From: Candidatus Cloacimonadales bacterium
GTDB taxonomy: Bacteria > Cloacimonadota > Cloacimonadia > Cloacimonadales > JAIOQZ01
Assembly: GCA_963662655.2 (NCBI GenBank)
Contig: CAXXTU010000002.1
Coordinates: 1,216,001-1,280,000 of the forward strand
Direction of reading: 5' to 3'
Length of the DNA: 64,000 nucleotides
Shown here one piece after another: positions 10,545-20,683 of this stretch. The position numbers and the translations under genes were made by a program. Within the stretch, counting starts at the first letter, position 1. Every line of letters starts with the position of its first letter. The notes below the pieces were generated by a model, which saw only the letters and a list, made by a program, of their open reading frames with translations, searched no databases and was not told where the DNA came from.

Positions 10545-11021
10545 ATGAAAAACAGACCAAGCTGGCAGCAATACTTTATCGATATGGCATTTCTCGTGTC
10601 GAGACGTTCGACCTGCATGAGGAGAGCGGTTGGCGCGGTGATCGTTCGAGACAATCAAATCCTTTCCTCGGGATACAACGGAGCTCCGAAGCTTATCCGG
10701 CATTGTTCGGTTACCGGATGTCTCCGGCAGCAGCAGAACATTCCATCCGGCGAGCGTCATGAGCTTTGCAGGGGCATTCATGCCGAGCAGAACGCTATCA
10801 TTCAGGCCGCGGTGAACGGGACGTCGATAAAGGGAGCTACGCTGTACTGCACGACCCAGCCTTGCATTATTTGCACGAAAATGATAATAAATTCAGAAAT
10901 CAATACGATATATATAGCAGAACAGTATCCTGACAACATGGCGCAAGAAATGTTGCTGGAAGCAGGCGTTTCACTGATCATGGTGAACAAAGAGACAGGA
11001 GAATTACAGAAAGTTTTGTAG
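10545..11021 (+). CDS. dCMP deaminase (ComEB family)
   Basis: Zinc-deaminase motifs RPSW, RSTC, GYNG, HAEQNA and PCIIC. Confidence 0.92.
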   Translation: MKNRPSWQQYFIDMAFLVSRRSTCMRRAVGAVIVRDNQILSSGYNGAPKLIRHCSVTGCLRQQQNIPSGERHELCRGIHAEQNAIIQAAVNGTSIKGATLYCTTQPCIICTKMIINSEINTIYIAEQYPDNMAQEMLLEAGVSLIMVNKETGELQKVL

Positions 11022-11032
11022 AGGAAGATGAT

Positions 11033-11446
11033 ATGGGATTCCAACAGATTTTATTGATTTCATTGAGTGTTATTTTAGTAGGCGTTGCCATTTCGGTCGG
11101 GATGAGTATTTTCCGGTCGAATATACTCGATCACAACAAAGATTCAATAATCAATGACCTCTCGAACCTCTCCGCGCGTTGTTATATCTATCGCGTCAAA
11201 CCGAGGGAAATCGACGGAGGTGGAGGAGCTTACACGGGGATCGAACCCTCGGACATTGGGACGTATGAAGCGTTCGACAACGCCAACGCAACGTACGAAG
11301 TGACAAGCATCGAGGCCGACCAGGTTATCATGACCGCAACCGGCAAGCAAGGCAAGAGTCCCTGGATCATCACTTGCACCATCGACGACTCGGGAAACAA
11401 CACCTACAACATCGTCCAAACCGCTTCCTACGATCTAAGCCGTTAG
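11033..11446 (+). CDS. Small pilin/pseudopilin-like protein
   Basis: Hydrophobic N-terminus 'MGFQQILLISLSVILVGVAISVG' followed by a small soluble domain containing GGGG. Confidence 0.5.
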   Translation: MGFQQILLISLSVILVGVAISVGMSIFRSNILDHNKDSIINDLSNLSARCYIYRVKPREIDGGGGAYTGIEPSDIGTYEAFDNANATYEVTSIEADQVIMTATGKQGKSPWIITCTIDDSGNNTYNIVQTASYDLSR

Positions 11447-11638
11447 CTTTGTATTGTTAAGTGATTACCGCTCTCACTGGATTGACGCTACGAGATTACC
11501 TTCTTTTTGAGGTTCGACGCATTCAATAAAAAAACCTGTCGACAAATCAAACGCCATTATAATTGTGTCTTCAAAGGCATAAAAAATGCTATTACTCCAA
11601 GGTGAAATATGGATTTTATATTGAGATGGAGGATTTGA

Positions 11639-14239
11639 ATGAAAAGACTGTACGTTATCGTACTGATCATGGCGATTTGTGGGACACTTCTTGCTGGAGA
11701 CTACACCCAGAAAACGCTCTCAAACGGAATGGAAGTTATCACAAAGAAGAACGACAGCAACGAATCTGTCGCGCTCTATTGTTTCGTGAAAACCGGATCG
11801 TCCTACGAAGAAGATTATCTCGGTTGCGGGATATCTCATTACCTCGAACACATCGTTTCCGGCGGCTCCACAACGCTTCATACAGAAGACGAATACAGCC
11901 AGATGGAGCAAGAGATCGGGGCGTACGCAAACGCATATACAAGCAGCTTCACCACGTGTTATCAGATGGTCGTCCCTGCGGAGTCGGTGGATAAGGGAAT
12001 CGAGATGCTTTCCGAGCACATCATGTTCTGCGCTTTCGATTCGGTCGAAGTAGCCCGTGAACGCGAAGTGATCATCAAGGAATTCGTGTTTCGATCAAGC
12101 CCGCCGCCAGTCAAGGCGTTCGAGAAGTATCAGGAACTTACGCACCCACAATCCACCGAACGCTATCCTGTTATCGGTAACATCGAGCTTTACAAGCAGC
12201 TCAAACGCGATGATCTGGTCAATTACTACAACAAACGCTATATGCCGAACAACATGATCTTCGTTGGTGTGGGCAATATCGATGCCGACACGCTGCAAGC
12301 CAAGATCGTCGACGCCTTCAAGGATTACAAACGCAGAGTTCTCGAACCTGTAAACGTCATCAAACAGCCTCCCTTCCAGGGCAACACGCTTCAGGTTCAT
12401 GAATTCAGCATCCAGCAAGCACAAGGTAAAATCTGCACCATCATTCCCGATGCATGGTATAACGATTGCGAGGCATTGGACCTGGGTCTCACGATCCTGC
12501 TTTCCAAGCGCACGTCCCCGCTTTATAAAAAGCTTGTCGAAGACCTCCAGCTCTGCAATCAGATTTACGGAAGGGCATCGTACGACCTTCTCCAAACAGC
12601 GACTGTCGATATCCAGTTCGAGGCGAAAGACCCATCCAAGATGAACGAGATCGTAGAGATAATCGACCAGTACATAGCCGACTACAGCAAGGGTGGATTT
12701 ACGCAGGACGACATCCAGAATGTCATCGATCGCTATCAGGCGGCATATCTGCTACAAACCCCAAGTCCTGCGAGAGAGGCAAATCAGATTGGTTACTTCA
12801 TGCAGTTTTATAATGTTCCCGATCGCATGAAACTCTCCATCGAGCAAATCAGCAAACTGACGCCGGAAGATATCTACGAAGCATTCCAGAGGCACCTTGT
12901 TCCAAAGAATCGCATCGTATACTACGCAATGCCCACTGGAACTAAGCAACTGATCGAGGAGCAGGAAGCCGAATCGATAGACCGTGAAGACCTTCGCAAG
13001 ATATCCATCAATGACGACCTCACCCTGCTTTACCGTCGCAACTGTGAGAAACCGCTCATCCGCGCCGAGATATTGATGCCGATCTACCGGAATTACGGTG
13101 TTAAAGGCGATCTCGAGAGAATCGATTTTGTGAGCGACATGCTGCTGAGGGGATCGAAGAAATACGACCCGATCGAAATTTCCGAGTTTGTCAACGACCA
13201 TTGGATTTCAGCCGAATTCATTACCTCTGAAGCGGGATTGAAGATTGAGATGAAGCTTCTGCGGAATGATTTCGACGAGTTCCTGAAGATCGTCGGCGAC
13301 GCGATGCAAAACCCGAAATTCCCGGACGATGAGATACACTTGCTGCTCGAAGATAAAAAAGGTGATCTGTTAAACTCCCAGAGCTGGCCAACGAGTGTCC
13401 ACCGCGAGTTTGCCAACAAGGAATTGTACGGTGATTCCCCCTTCTCGCTTTCCAAGGAAGAGCAGTGGGATGCGTTAAAGGACCTCGACCACGATAAAGT
13501 AGCCACACTCTACGAGAAATACTTCAAAACAAGCGACGATAAACCCGTTGTCGTGACTCTTTTCGGTGACCTTACGGAGGAAGAAGCGAGGAAGTGGGCG
13601 AAAGAGATATCGAAGTTCATACCCCGCGGTACTGTGAACGAAGAACGCATCTGGCGTAACGTGGCGGATAAAGACGAGATCGTTACCAACGTTTACGATT
13701 TCGAACAGGTAAACATCGATATCTACTACCCAGCGCCGAGCATTTATTCGGAAGACTACAAGGTTTTCCGCCTGCTCGACATCATCCTCAGCGGATCGAC
13801 CAACGCGAGATTGCACAAGGCGACTCGCGGCAACAACAACCTTTCCTACTGGGCATATTCGAATTACGATTACAGCGACGAGTGGGGATACTTCGACCTG
13901 AAGTCGCAGACATCCATACCGAAGAGAGACGAGTTGATATCCGTTCTTAAGGATGAAGTCGAGAAACTCAAGACAGACCTCGTACCTCAGGACGAGATCG
14001 ATAATGCCATTTCCGATTTCGACAAGCGTATGCAGAGCATGCTGAGCGACAACGCGCTGCCATCTTATGCAACATACTACGAATTCAGGGGATTCGGGTA
14101 CGACTACCTGCACACATTCATCGACGACTTGAGAACCATTACTCCGGAGCAGATTCGAGACACCGCGAAGAAGTATCTCAATAATGCCTTCGTGATCGTA
14201 TCTCAACCGGACGAAAACATGGAACGCGAGCATCAATAA
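11639..14239 (+). CDS. Secreted M16 (pitrilysin/insulinase) zinc peptidase
   Basis: Signal peptide, inverted zinc motif HYLEH, NAYTS, EREVI and the four-domain length of 866 aa. Confidence 0.9.
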   Translation: MKRLYVIVLIMAICGTLLAGDYTQKTLSNGMEVITKKNDSNESVALYCFVKTGSSYEEDYLGCGISHYLEHIVSGGSTTLHTEDEYSQMEQEIGAYANAYTSSFTTCYQMVVPAESVDKGIEMLSEHIMFCAFDSVEVAREREVIIKEFVFRSSPPPVKAFEKYQELTHPQSTERYPVIGNIELYKQLKRDDLVNYYNKRYMPNNMIFVGVGNIDADTLQAKIVDAFKDYKRRVLEPVNVIKQPPFQGNTLQVHEFSIQQAQGKICTIIPDAWYNDCEALDLGLTILLSKRTSPLYKKLVEDLQLCNQIYGRASYDLLQTATVDIQFEAKDPSKMNEIVEIIDQYIADYSKGGFTQDDIQNVIDRYQAAYLLQTPSPAREANQIGYFMQFYNVPDRMKLSIEQISKLTPEDIYEAFQRHLVPKNRIVYYAMPTGTKQLIEEQEAESIDREDLRKISINDDLTLLYRRNCEKPLIRAEILMPIYRNYGVKGDLERIDFVSDMLLRGSKKYDPIEISEFVNDHWISAEFITSEAGLKIEMKLLRNDFDEFLKIVGDAMQNPKFPDDEIHLLLEDKKGDLLNSQSWPTSVHREFANKELYGDSPFSLSKEEQWDALKDLDHDKVATLYEKYFKTSDDKPVVVTLFGDLTEEEARKWAKEISKFIPRGTVNEERIWRNVADKDEIVTNVYDFEQVNIDIYYPAPSIYSEDYKVFRLLDIILSGSTNARLHKATRGNNNLSYWAYSNYDYSDEWGYFDLKSQTSIPKRDELISVLKDEVEKLKTDLVPQDEIDNAISDFDKRMQSMLSDNALPSYATYYEFRGFGYDYLHTFIDDLRTITPEQIRDTAKKYLNNAFVIVSQPDENMEREHQ

Positions 14240-14265
14240 AGAAATCGCGTAACGATATTTGATTT

Positions 14266-14300
14266 ATCCCCTCTTCCACGCGAGGAGGGGATTTTTTTTT
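14266..14300 (+). terminator. Intrinsic terminator
   Basis: Stem ATCCCCTC...GAGGGGAT followed by a T run. Confidence 0.85.
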
Positions 14301-14308
14301 GTTTTACC

Positions 14309-14449
14309 ATCGAGAGTAGATTTGCTTTTCTCCTTCCGAAGCCGTGTTGTTACACGTTCGAATCGATTACCACAATCAACCAACTACATAATTGATGAGG
14401 ACGTGTTATATACACGGCGAGAGGAAGGGAGAAGCAAAGGTACCTCGAT
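14309..14449 (+). repeat. Structured hairpin family, copy A
   Basis: ATCGAG-A-GTA-GA-stem...GCCGTGT TGTT ACACGTTC // GGACGTGT TATAT ACACGGC...stem-GG-TAC-CTCGAT. Confidence 0.8.
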
Positions 14450-14477
14450 TGGCATATTCAAGCCGTATAATCTACCA

Positions 14478-14600
14478 TCGCGGCATCTTCGTCCGATCTG
14501 TGCTCCAACGTGGATATAACACGCTCCTGTAACTATCGAACGCAATAATGGAGCGTGTAACACCACGTTTCAGCAACAGATCGAACGAGTCTGCTCACGA
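14478..14600 (-). repeat. Structured hairpin family, copy B
   Basis: Minus strand reads TCGTG-A-GCA-GA-CTCGTTCGATCTG...AACGTGG TGTT ACACGCTCC..GTTCGATAGTT..GGAGCGTGT TATAT CCACGTT...CAGATCGGACGAA-GA-TGC-CGCGA. Confidence 0.85.
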
Positions 14601-14609
14601 CTCTTGCTT

Positions 14610-14640
14610 AAAAAAAACCTCTCCGTGTAACACGGAGAGG
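14610..14640 (-). terminator. Intrinsic terminator of the EEP gene
   Basis: Perfect stem CCTCTCCGTG-TAA-CACGGAGAGG, preceded by A8 on the plus strand. Confidence 0.85.
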
Positions 14641-14664
14641 CCAAAGAGAGTATATCGGTTATTT

Positions 14665-16185
14665 CTATTTCATCATCAGCATGCGTAGTACTTTCGTATC
14701 ACCGCAAGCTACAACGCGACAGAAGTAAATACCGGACGATAAGGTATTACCCATGTCATCCGAGCCATCCCACACCAGGTTGTGTGATCCGGCGCTCATG
14801 CGCTCGTTCGAGAGCACGCGTACCTTTTCGCCTTTGATATTAAATACATCGACCGATGCATGCGACTCTTCAGCAAGGGTAAAGCTGATCGTCGTCACCG
14901 GATTGAATGGATTCGGGTAGTTCGGTTCAACTTGTAGGTTTGTGTACTCCGGGATCGTCGGTTCGTCGTTTGAGACCACGCCGTGGTAAAGCGGATAGGT
15001 CATCTCCATGTTGCCGTCTAACGCGACGATTTCGAGCCAGTAATAGTAGTATCCGGTTGGTGCGGTATCCTGGAAAGAGTACTCGGCCTCTTCTGCGTTC
15101 ATCGCAGCAATAATGTTCGAATTGATCTGCACCGCGTCGTCGATGTCGTTCGTCGAGGAACGATAAAGATTGTACCCGATCAGCTCGCTCTCGTCGACCG
15201 TCGTCCACTCGATGGTGGCGTCCATGTTGACCCGAAAGTAATCGAGAATGGAACTGGTTCCGTCCGCGGTTTTGAATTTGGCAAAAACCGGCAGGTGGTC
15301 CGAAGCGTCGTGAAGCGCGTTGGCCACATAGGCAGGAACCGCGGAATTGGTGCCGCTGTTGATCGCCTGATTGAAATGGTTGCCGTCGTTGCCGAACGGA
15401 ACGACCGAATCATTGATGAAGTCGATCCCGCTGCCGTTGTTCATGTCGTAGTTGATGAACATGTAATCGAAACGATCGTCCAGACCGCCGGTCGCACCAC
15501 CGCCCTGCTGTTCCGTACGCGTTGATTGCGTATGGACGTTGACGAACGAAGAGTTGTCGTGCCAGTTGCCGATCTCGTCGATGGTATCGCGAGCTCTTCC
15601 GTCGTTGTCCGATTCGCTTGCAATAAATTTCTGGTAGGCCGGTTCGTCGCTGGAGTATATGTTCATATCACCCAAGATGATGAACTCGGCCGTGCTGGGA
15701 AGGTTGTTGAGGCGGTGACGCAGAACCGTCACTTCCGCGAGGCGTTGTTGCTCGTTGTCGTTTCCCTGACTCGCCTTCAAGTGGCATGAATAAATTCGCA
15801 GGGGATTCCCGTAAACCTCTACCTCGTACTCCGCGATTTCCCGCAGGTCGGTCTCGATGTAGTCCATATCGATGTATTTAACACTACTCTTCTTGTAGAA
15901 GAGGATATTGTCGGAGTCGTTTCCGTTGATGAAATCCGACATACCATAGTCGTCGTAATCGTCGTTGAGGGCGGTGAGCATCAGTTCCGCGCCGTCCTCC
16001 GAGACCATTTCCTGCATCACCAGAATATCGGGTGAAATCTGATCGAATACCGTCTCAAAATCGTCGATCCGGTCCGTGTCGTCATCGTTGAAATTGAGTG
16101 AATTGTAGGTCATAACCTTCACTCCAGCAGCACTCAGTATAACCGTCGAGAGCAGCAGAATCGCAATCAGTGTCATTCGTTGCAT
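14665..16185 (-). CDS. Secreted endonuclease/exonuclease/phosphatase with C-terminal T9SS/FlgD-type sorting domain
   Basis: EEP motifs MTYN, DILVMQE, HLKA, GDMN, DRFDY and SDHLPV, with a NYPNPFNP C-terminus. Start re-called at MQRMT (16185) after GGAG. Confidence 0.88.
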   Translation of the reverse strand: MQRMTLIAILLLSTVILSAAGVKVMTYNSLNFNDDDTDRIDDFETVFDQISPDILVMQEMVSEDGAELMLTALNDDYDDYGMSDFINGNDSDNILFYKKSSVKYIDMDYIETDLREIAEYEVEVYGNPLRIYSCHLKASQGNDNEQQRLAEVTVLRHRLNNLPSTAEFIILGDMNIYSSDEPAYQKFIASESDNDGRARDTIDEIGNWHDNSSFVNVHTQSTRTEQQGGGATGGLDDRFDYMFINYDMNNGSGIDFINDSVVPFGNDGNHFNQAINSGTNSAVPAYVANALHDASDHLPVFAKFKTADGTSSILDYFRVNMDATIEWTTVDESELIGYNLYRSSTNDIDDAVQINSNIIAAMNAEEAEYSFQDTAPTGYYYYWLEIVALDGNMEMTYPLYHGVVSNDEPTIPEYTNLQVEPNYPNPFNPVTTISFTLAEESHASVDVFNIKGEKVRVLSNERMSAGSHNLVWDGSDDMGNTLSSGIYFCRVVACGDTKVLRMLMMK

Positions 16186-16335
16186 AATTTTCTCCATACA
16201 TTTTCTACCATACCATGATATTGGCGGCTCAGATATTGTCAATGAATAGGTGCAGGTTGTGCTCGCATGCTTAAAAAAAGAAAACCCGCCATCGACAATA
16301 CTGCCGGCGGCGGGAATTGAATCGGGAGACCAGGT

Positions 16336-17175
16336 TTAGAAAAATCCACCTTCGAAATTCAGCATAACACTGAATCCGGAAAGATCAGAGTCGTCGAAAT
16401 CCACCAGTTTCGTATCGAAGTCAACGCCGTTCACGTAGCGATACGAAGCGCCGACACCGCACTTGAAGTATCTGGCGACATTCACCATGACATTCACACC
16501 CGGTTCCAGCACGAAGAAAGAGTCGCTGTCAATTTTACGATCGTCGTCGTCCTCGTCGTCATCGTTGTCCCAGTCGTCATCGTCGTCGCGATACTGCAAG
16601 CTTGCGCCACCTGCTCCGATGAGCGTGGTCACGGAGAAGTTCACGAGATCTTTGGGATTGATGCGGTATTCCAGATCGAGTCCGCCATAGCCCCAATAAA
16701 TCTGAATGCTGGAGTCCCTGATCGCGTGCTCGCGGACGAGATGATTAGTCACCATACCGTATCCGGCCAGACCGATACAGAATTTGTGATCGATAATGTA
16801 GCCGAGTCTGCCACCAACCAGAAGTTCGTACTCGTCGTCCATATACGTACCCTTTACAACGGGACCGCCGAAACCGCCATGCGCGATCTTACCCGAAAGG
16901 AGCGTTTCCTGATTGAGCACATACCGCGAAGGGATTTTCGTCTCGCGCTTCATCTCGAGCTGCTTGCGAACAAGCTCCCTCTCTCTTTCGTCATCGACGC
17001 TGATGTCTTCCACGGTCGCTTCGTCAAGCTCCGCTTCCGCTTCGTCGGCGGCTATTATGTTGACGTCCTTCTCGATCGTCGTCTCGTTTTTCGTCTCTTC
17101 CGCAACGTCATTATCCTGCGCAAATGCCACAACGGCAAATGCAAGAATTGCAATAATCATGATAATCCGTGACAT
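16336..17175 (-). CDS. Predicted outer-membrane beta-barrel protein
   Basis: Signal peptide, amphipathic glycine/aromatic strands (GGFGGP, GYGGL, FFVLEPG, GASYRYV) and a terminal Phe. Confidence 0.65.
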   Translation of the reverse strand: MSRIIMIIAILAFAVVAFAQDNDVAEETKNETTIEKDVNIIAADEAEAELDEATVEDISVDDERERELVRKQLEMKRETKIPSRYVLNQETLLSGKIAHGGFGGPVVKGTYMDDEYELLVGGRLGYIIDHKFCIGLAGYGMVTNHLVREHAIRDSSIQIYWGYGGLDLEYRINPKDLVNFSVTTLIGAGGASLQYRDDDDDWDNDDDEDDDDRKIDSDSFFVLEPGVNVMVNVARYFKCGVGASYRYVNGVDFDTKLVDFDDSDLSGFSVMLNFEGGFF

Positions 17176-17281
17176 GATTCCTCCTTATGTCAGCAAGTTA
17201 TTTTCTAATCTCGAACCCATAGTGAATTTTATATTCGCTTTTGAGCCAGACAAGAACCGGCACACCAACTTCATATTGACA

Positions 17282-17896
17282 TTATCCCAGGAAATCCCCG
17301 AGTCCGAAGTGATGGTACTGCATGTATGCTTCGAGCAATAGCCTTGCGTCCTCGGGATCGCGATAGTTTTTCGCGATCGAAACGAGCGCGTTGATGAAGT
17401 TGTCGTAGATAACCCGAATCAAGAAATTCTTTTGCGAACTGAGCTGAATCGTCTTCTTGTCCTTCAGCGTATCGATGTACTGGTAAGTCAGGTTCTCCAG
17501 CAAGCTAACGATCTCGTCTTTTACCCCTTCGTAAATCGTCCCTTCCGCCTTGCTCATGATTACCAGGAAATGCAACCGGTAATCCACCAGGAACTGATTG
17601 TACTCCCTGGCCATCGAATTGAATGAATCGGCAGTTCGTGATTCGATCACTTCCATTCCCCGCAGCGCTTCCTTTCTCTTTGTGAGGAATGACTTTAGTC
17701 TCGTCACGAGCGCCGGCGTGATAATCGAATAGAAGAGGTCTTCCTTATTCATGTAATAGCGATAGATGTTTCCCACGGATATTCCGGCAGCCTTGGCGAT
17801 ATCCGCCATCGTGGTTCCCTTGAACCCACTCTCCGCGAACAGCTTGAGCGCCGTCTCGCAAATCTGCGTCCTGATCTCCTCTTTCTTCGTTTGCAT
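17282..17896 (-). CDS. TetR/AcrR family regulator
   Basis: HTH 'ALKLFAESGFKGTTMADIAKAAGISVGNIYRYY'. Likely start at MQTKK; 17917 is an alternative. Confidence 0.92.
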   Translation of the reverse strand: MQTKKEEIRTQICETALKLFAESGFKGTTMADIAKAAGISVGNIYRYYMNKEDLFYSIITPALVTRLKSFLTKRKEALRGMEVIESRTADSFNSMAREYNQFLVDYRLHFLVIMSKAEGTIYEGVKDEIVSLLENLTYQYIDTLKDKKTIQLSSQKNFLIRVIYDNFINALVSIAKNYRDPEDARLLLEAYMQYHHFGLGDFLG

Positions 17897-17925
17897 GAGC
17901 GATACTTCCTTTTTCATTCGCTTTT

Positions 17926-17944
17926 AATGAATCACGAGTTCATT
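17926..17944. promoter_or_regulatory. Candidate TetR operator (related site at 17222-17238)
   Basis: Palindrome AATGAA-N7-TTCATT just upstream of the TetR gene. A similar GTGAA-N7-TTCGC lies upstream of the next gene. Confidence 0.5.
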
Positions 17945-18147
17945 TTTGCTCCCGGCTGATATCTTGTCAATTTTTTTTTTATTCCGGCACGCCATTTTTG
18001 TTCCTCTACGAGATGTTCACCAGTCTGCAATCGAACGCAAATCTCGTTGCAGTAGCCGACGAACCGCCCCTTAACATCTCCTTTATACAGCTCTTAACAA
18101 TCCCGAGTAAAAGACTGATAAAATAAAGATTGTGAGAGGATGCGAAA

Positions 18148-20499
18148 ATGGCTAAAGTAGACATGCATGTTCATTCGAAGTACTCGGAACACCCCTCCGA
18201 GTGGTTCCTGCAGCGGTTGGGAGCAGCTGAATCATACACCGATCCGTATGATCTCTATGCGATTATGAAGAAGCGCGGGATGGACTTCGTCACCATAACG
18301 GACCACAACCGCATCGATGGCGCTCTCCTCTTGAAGGAAGCGCATCCCGACGAGGTTATCGTGGGCATCGAGGCGACGACCTATTTCCCGGAGGACAGTT
18401 GCAAAATCCACATCTTGATCTACGGATTGAACGAGGAGCAGTACCGCAACATCCAGAATCTGCGCATTAACATCTACAAGCTCCAGGAGTACCTTGTGAG
18501 AGAGAACCTGGTTCACGCGGTGGCGCATCCCACCTACTCGGTCAACGGGAAACTCAACATCGTCCACCTGGAAAAGCTGATGCTCCTCTTCAATCACTAC
18601 GAGGGCATCAACGGCGGACGCAACAGCCTGCACAACGAAGGCTGGATGAACATCGTAAGGCATCTGACCCCGCAGCATATTGAAGAGCTCTCGCGGAAAC
18701 ACGGCATCGAGCCGATTGGAGACAAACCCTGGATCAAGGGGATCATCGGCGGATCGGACGATCATGCCGCCCTCTTCATGGGCCAAACCTACACCATGGC
18801 GACGGCGCAAACGCCCGAGCAATTCCTGGAGGAAGTCCGCAATCGCAGGACGCAGGTCAGCGGTCGGCACAACAACTTCCAGGCGTTCATCTTCACGCTG
18901 TACAAGATCGCCTGGGAATTCTACCGCTCGAAGGGCGGTGCGCTCTCGAAAAATCTGATCGACCGCCTGGGAGCCAGCTTGTTCGAGAACCGTTCCCTTC
19001 GTCTGTGGGAGCGCTGGAAAATCCGTCGCATCAAAGCGGACGTCTACACGTCGAACGTCGAATTCCAAAGCAAACTGCAAGAGTTTGTCGATATCCTCAA
19101 CGAGCAGGGCAACGACGACATCGAGGAGCGCCTTCAATCCTTGTACAACAAGCTCGCCGACCTCGTCGACTCTTTCTTCGCGATCCTCTTCTACTCCTTT
19201 GAGAAAGATATCGCCAACGGCAACCTCCTCAAGATCGTCCGTAACCTCGCGTCGGCAATCCCGGGCGTGTTCCTCACGCTACCGTTCTTCAGCAGCATCA
19301 TGCACCTCTACAAGGGGCGCAACATGCTTCACGAGTTGCAGAATCGCTTCGGCTGCACCGGCGACTCGAGCAGCAAGCGTATTCTCTGGTTCACGGACAC
19401 CCTCGACGATCTCAACGGCGTATCCATGACGCTAACCCGGGTGCTCGAGATTTCCCGCAAGAAGAACTACCCGATCACGGTCGTGAGCTCCCAGAAAAAC
19501 CGTGACGACGACGCGCACTACATGAACCTGCCGCAGGTCTACAGCTTCGATCTCCCCTTCTACGAGTCGTACCACATCTGCGTCCCCTCCATCCTGAAGG
19601 CCATTGACCGCATCTACATCTACCGGCCCGACAAGATTATTATCAGCACACCCGGACCGGTTGGCTTGCTGGGGCTGCTCATCGCGAAGATGATGCAGGT
19701 GGAGTGCGTCGGAGTCTACCACACCGACTTCACCGCCCAGGCATCCTCCATACAGGACGACGAGGGACTCGGCGGCCTCATCGAGGACCTCACCACGCGC
19801 TTCTACCAGATGATGTCCGAAGTCCGCGTTCCCACCAACGCCTACATCGAGCTCCTCGTAAACCGCGGAATCGACCGTGACAAAATGAAGTTCTTCCCGC
19901 GCGGTCTGGAGACGGAGCTGTTCTCGCCCAGAAAGCACTCGCGAACGTACCTGCAACACGAGTACAAGCTCCAGGAAGGCTTCTATATGCTGTACACCGG
20001 GCGCATCTCCCGCGACAAAGACCTCGACATCATCCTGTACGCCTTCCACATCCTCGAGAAGCAATTCCCAAACATATACCTGCTCATGGCGGGAGACGGC
20101 CCGCACAAGAAAGATTTCCAAGCCCACTACCGCAGCAAGCGGATCATCTGGTTGGGGCGCATCAAGCGCGAAACACTCCCGGACATCTATTCGGGCTGCG
20201 ACCTCATGCTCTTCCCCAGCACCACCGACACCTTCGGCATGTCCGTTCTGGAAGCGCAAGCATGCGGGTTACCGGCTCTTGTGAGCAACCAGGGAGGCCC
20301 CAAGGAGATCATCATCGACGGAAGAAGCGGATACGTCATGAGCGATTCTTTCCCGGAAAGCTGGAAAGACATGATCGAAAAGTTTATCAACTGGAAGACC
20401 GAAGACCCCGAGGCCCTCCGGAAAATGAGAATCGAATCGCGTGAGAACGCCCTCAAAAAGGTTAGCTGGGATCGGTTCTTCGAGTGCTTTATGGCATAA
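18148..20499 (+). CDS. PHP phosphoesterase domain fused to a GT4 glycosyltransferase
   Basis: PHP motifs DMHVHS, ITDHN, AHP and GGSDDH. GT4 motifs DLNGVS, TPGPVG, YHTDF and FPSTTDTFGMSVLEAQACGLP. Confidence 0.9.
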   Translation: MAKVDMHVHSKYSEHPSEWFLQRLGAAESYTDPYDLYAIMKKRGMDFVTITDHNRIDGALLLKEAHPDEVIVGIEATTYFPEDSCKIHILIYGLNEEQYRNIQNLRINIYKLQEYLVRENLVHAVAHPTYSVNGKLNIVHLEKLMLLFNHYEGINGGRNSLHNEGWMNIVRHLTPQHIEELSRKHGIEPIGDKPWIKGIIGGSDDHAALFMGQTYTMATAQTPEQFLEEVRNRRTQVSGRHNNFQAFIFTLYKIAWEFYRSKGGALSKNLIDRLGASLFENRSLRLWERWKIRRIKADVYTSNVEFQSKLQEFVDILNEQGNDDIEERLQSLYNKLADLVDSFFAILFYSFEKDIANGNLLKIVRNLASAIPGVFLTLPFFSSIMHLYKGRNMLHELQNRFGCTGDSSSKRILWFTDTLDDLNGVSMTLTRVLEISRKKNYPITVVSSQKNRDDDAHYMNLPQVYSFDLPFYESYHICVPSILKAIDRIYIYRPDKIIISTPGPVGLLGLLIAKMMQVECVGVYHTDFTAQASSIQDDEGLGGLIEDLTTRFYQMMSEVRVPTNAYIELLVNRGIDRDKMKFFPRGLETELFSPRKHSRTYLQHEYKLQEGFYMLYTGRISRDKDLDIILYAFHILEKQFPNIYLLMAGDGPHKKDFQAHYRSKRIIWLGRIKRETLPDIYSGCDLMLFPSTTDTFGMSVLEAQACGLPALVSNQGGPKEIIIDGRSGYVMSDSFPESWKDMIEKFINWKTEDPEALRKMRIESRENALKKVSWDRFFECFMA

Positions 20500-20683
20500 T
20501 GGAGTTAGAAGTAACAATCGTCACACGTCCGTAGAAACTCTCTCGTGGGTGGGCGGGTGGGCGCAGGGGCACGGTGATATGCGCCGGAAACGGTTAGCAA
20601 GCAGGAGAATCACAAAAGCGGGGCAATCTTGTATTGACCTCAGCCCCTGCAAACGATTTCGCAGAAATCGCTATCTGCCAGAA

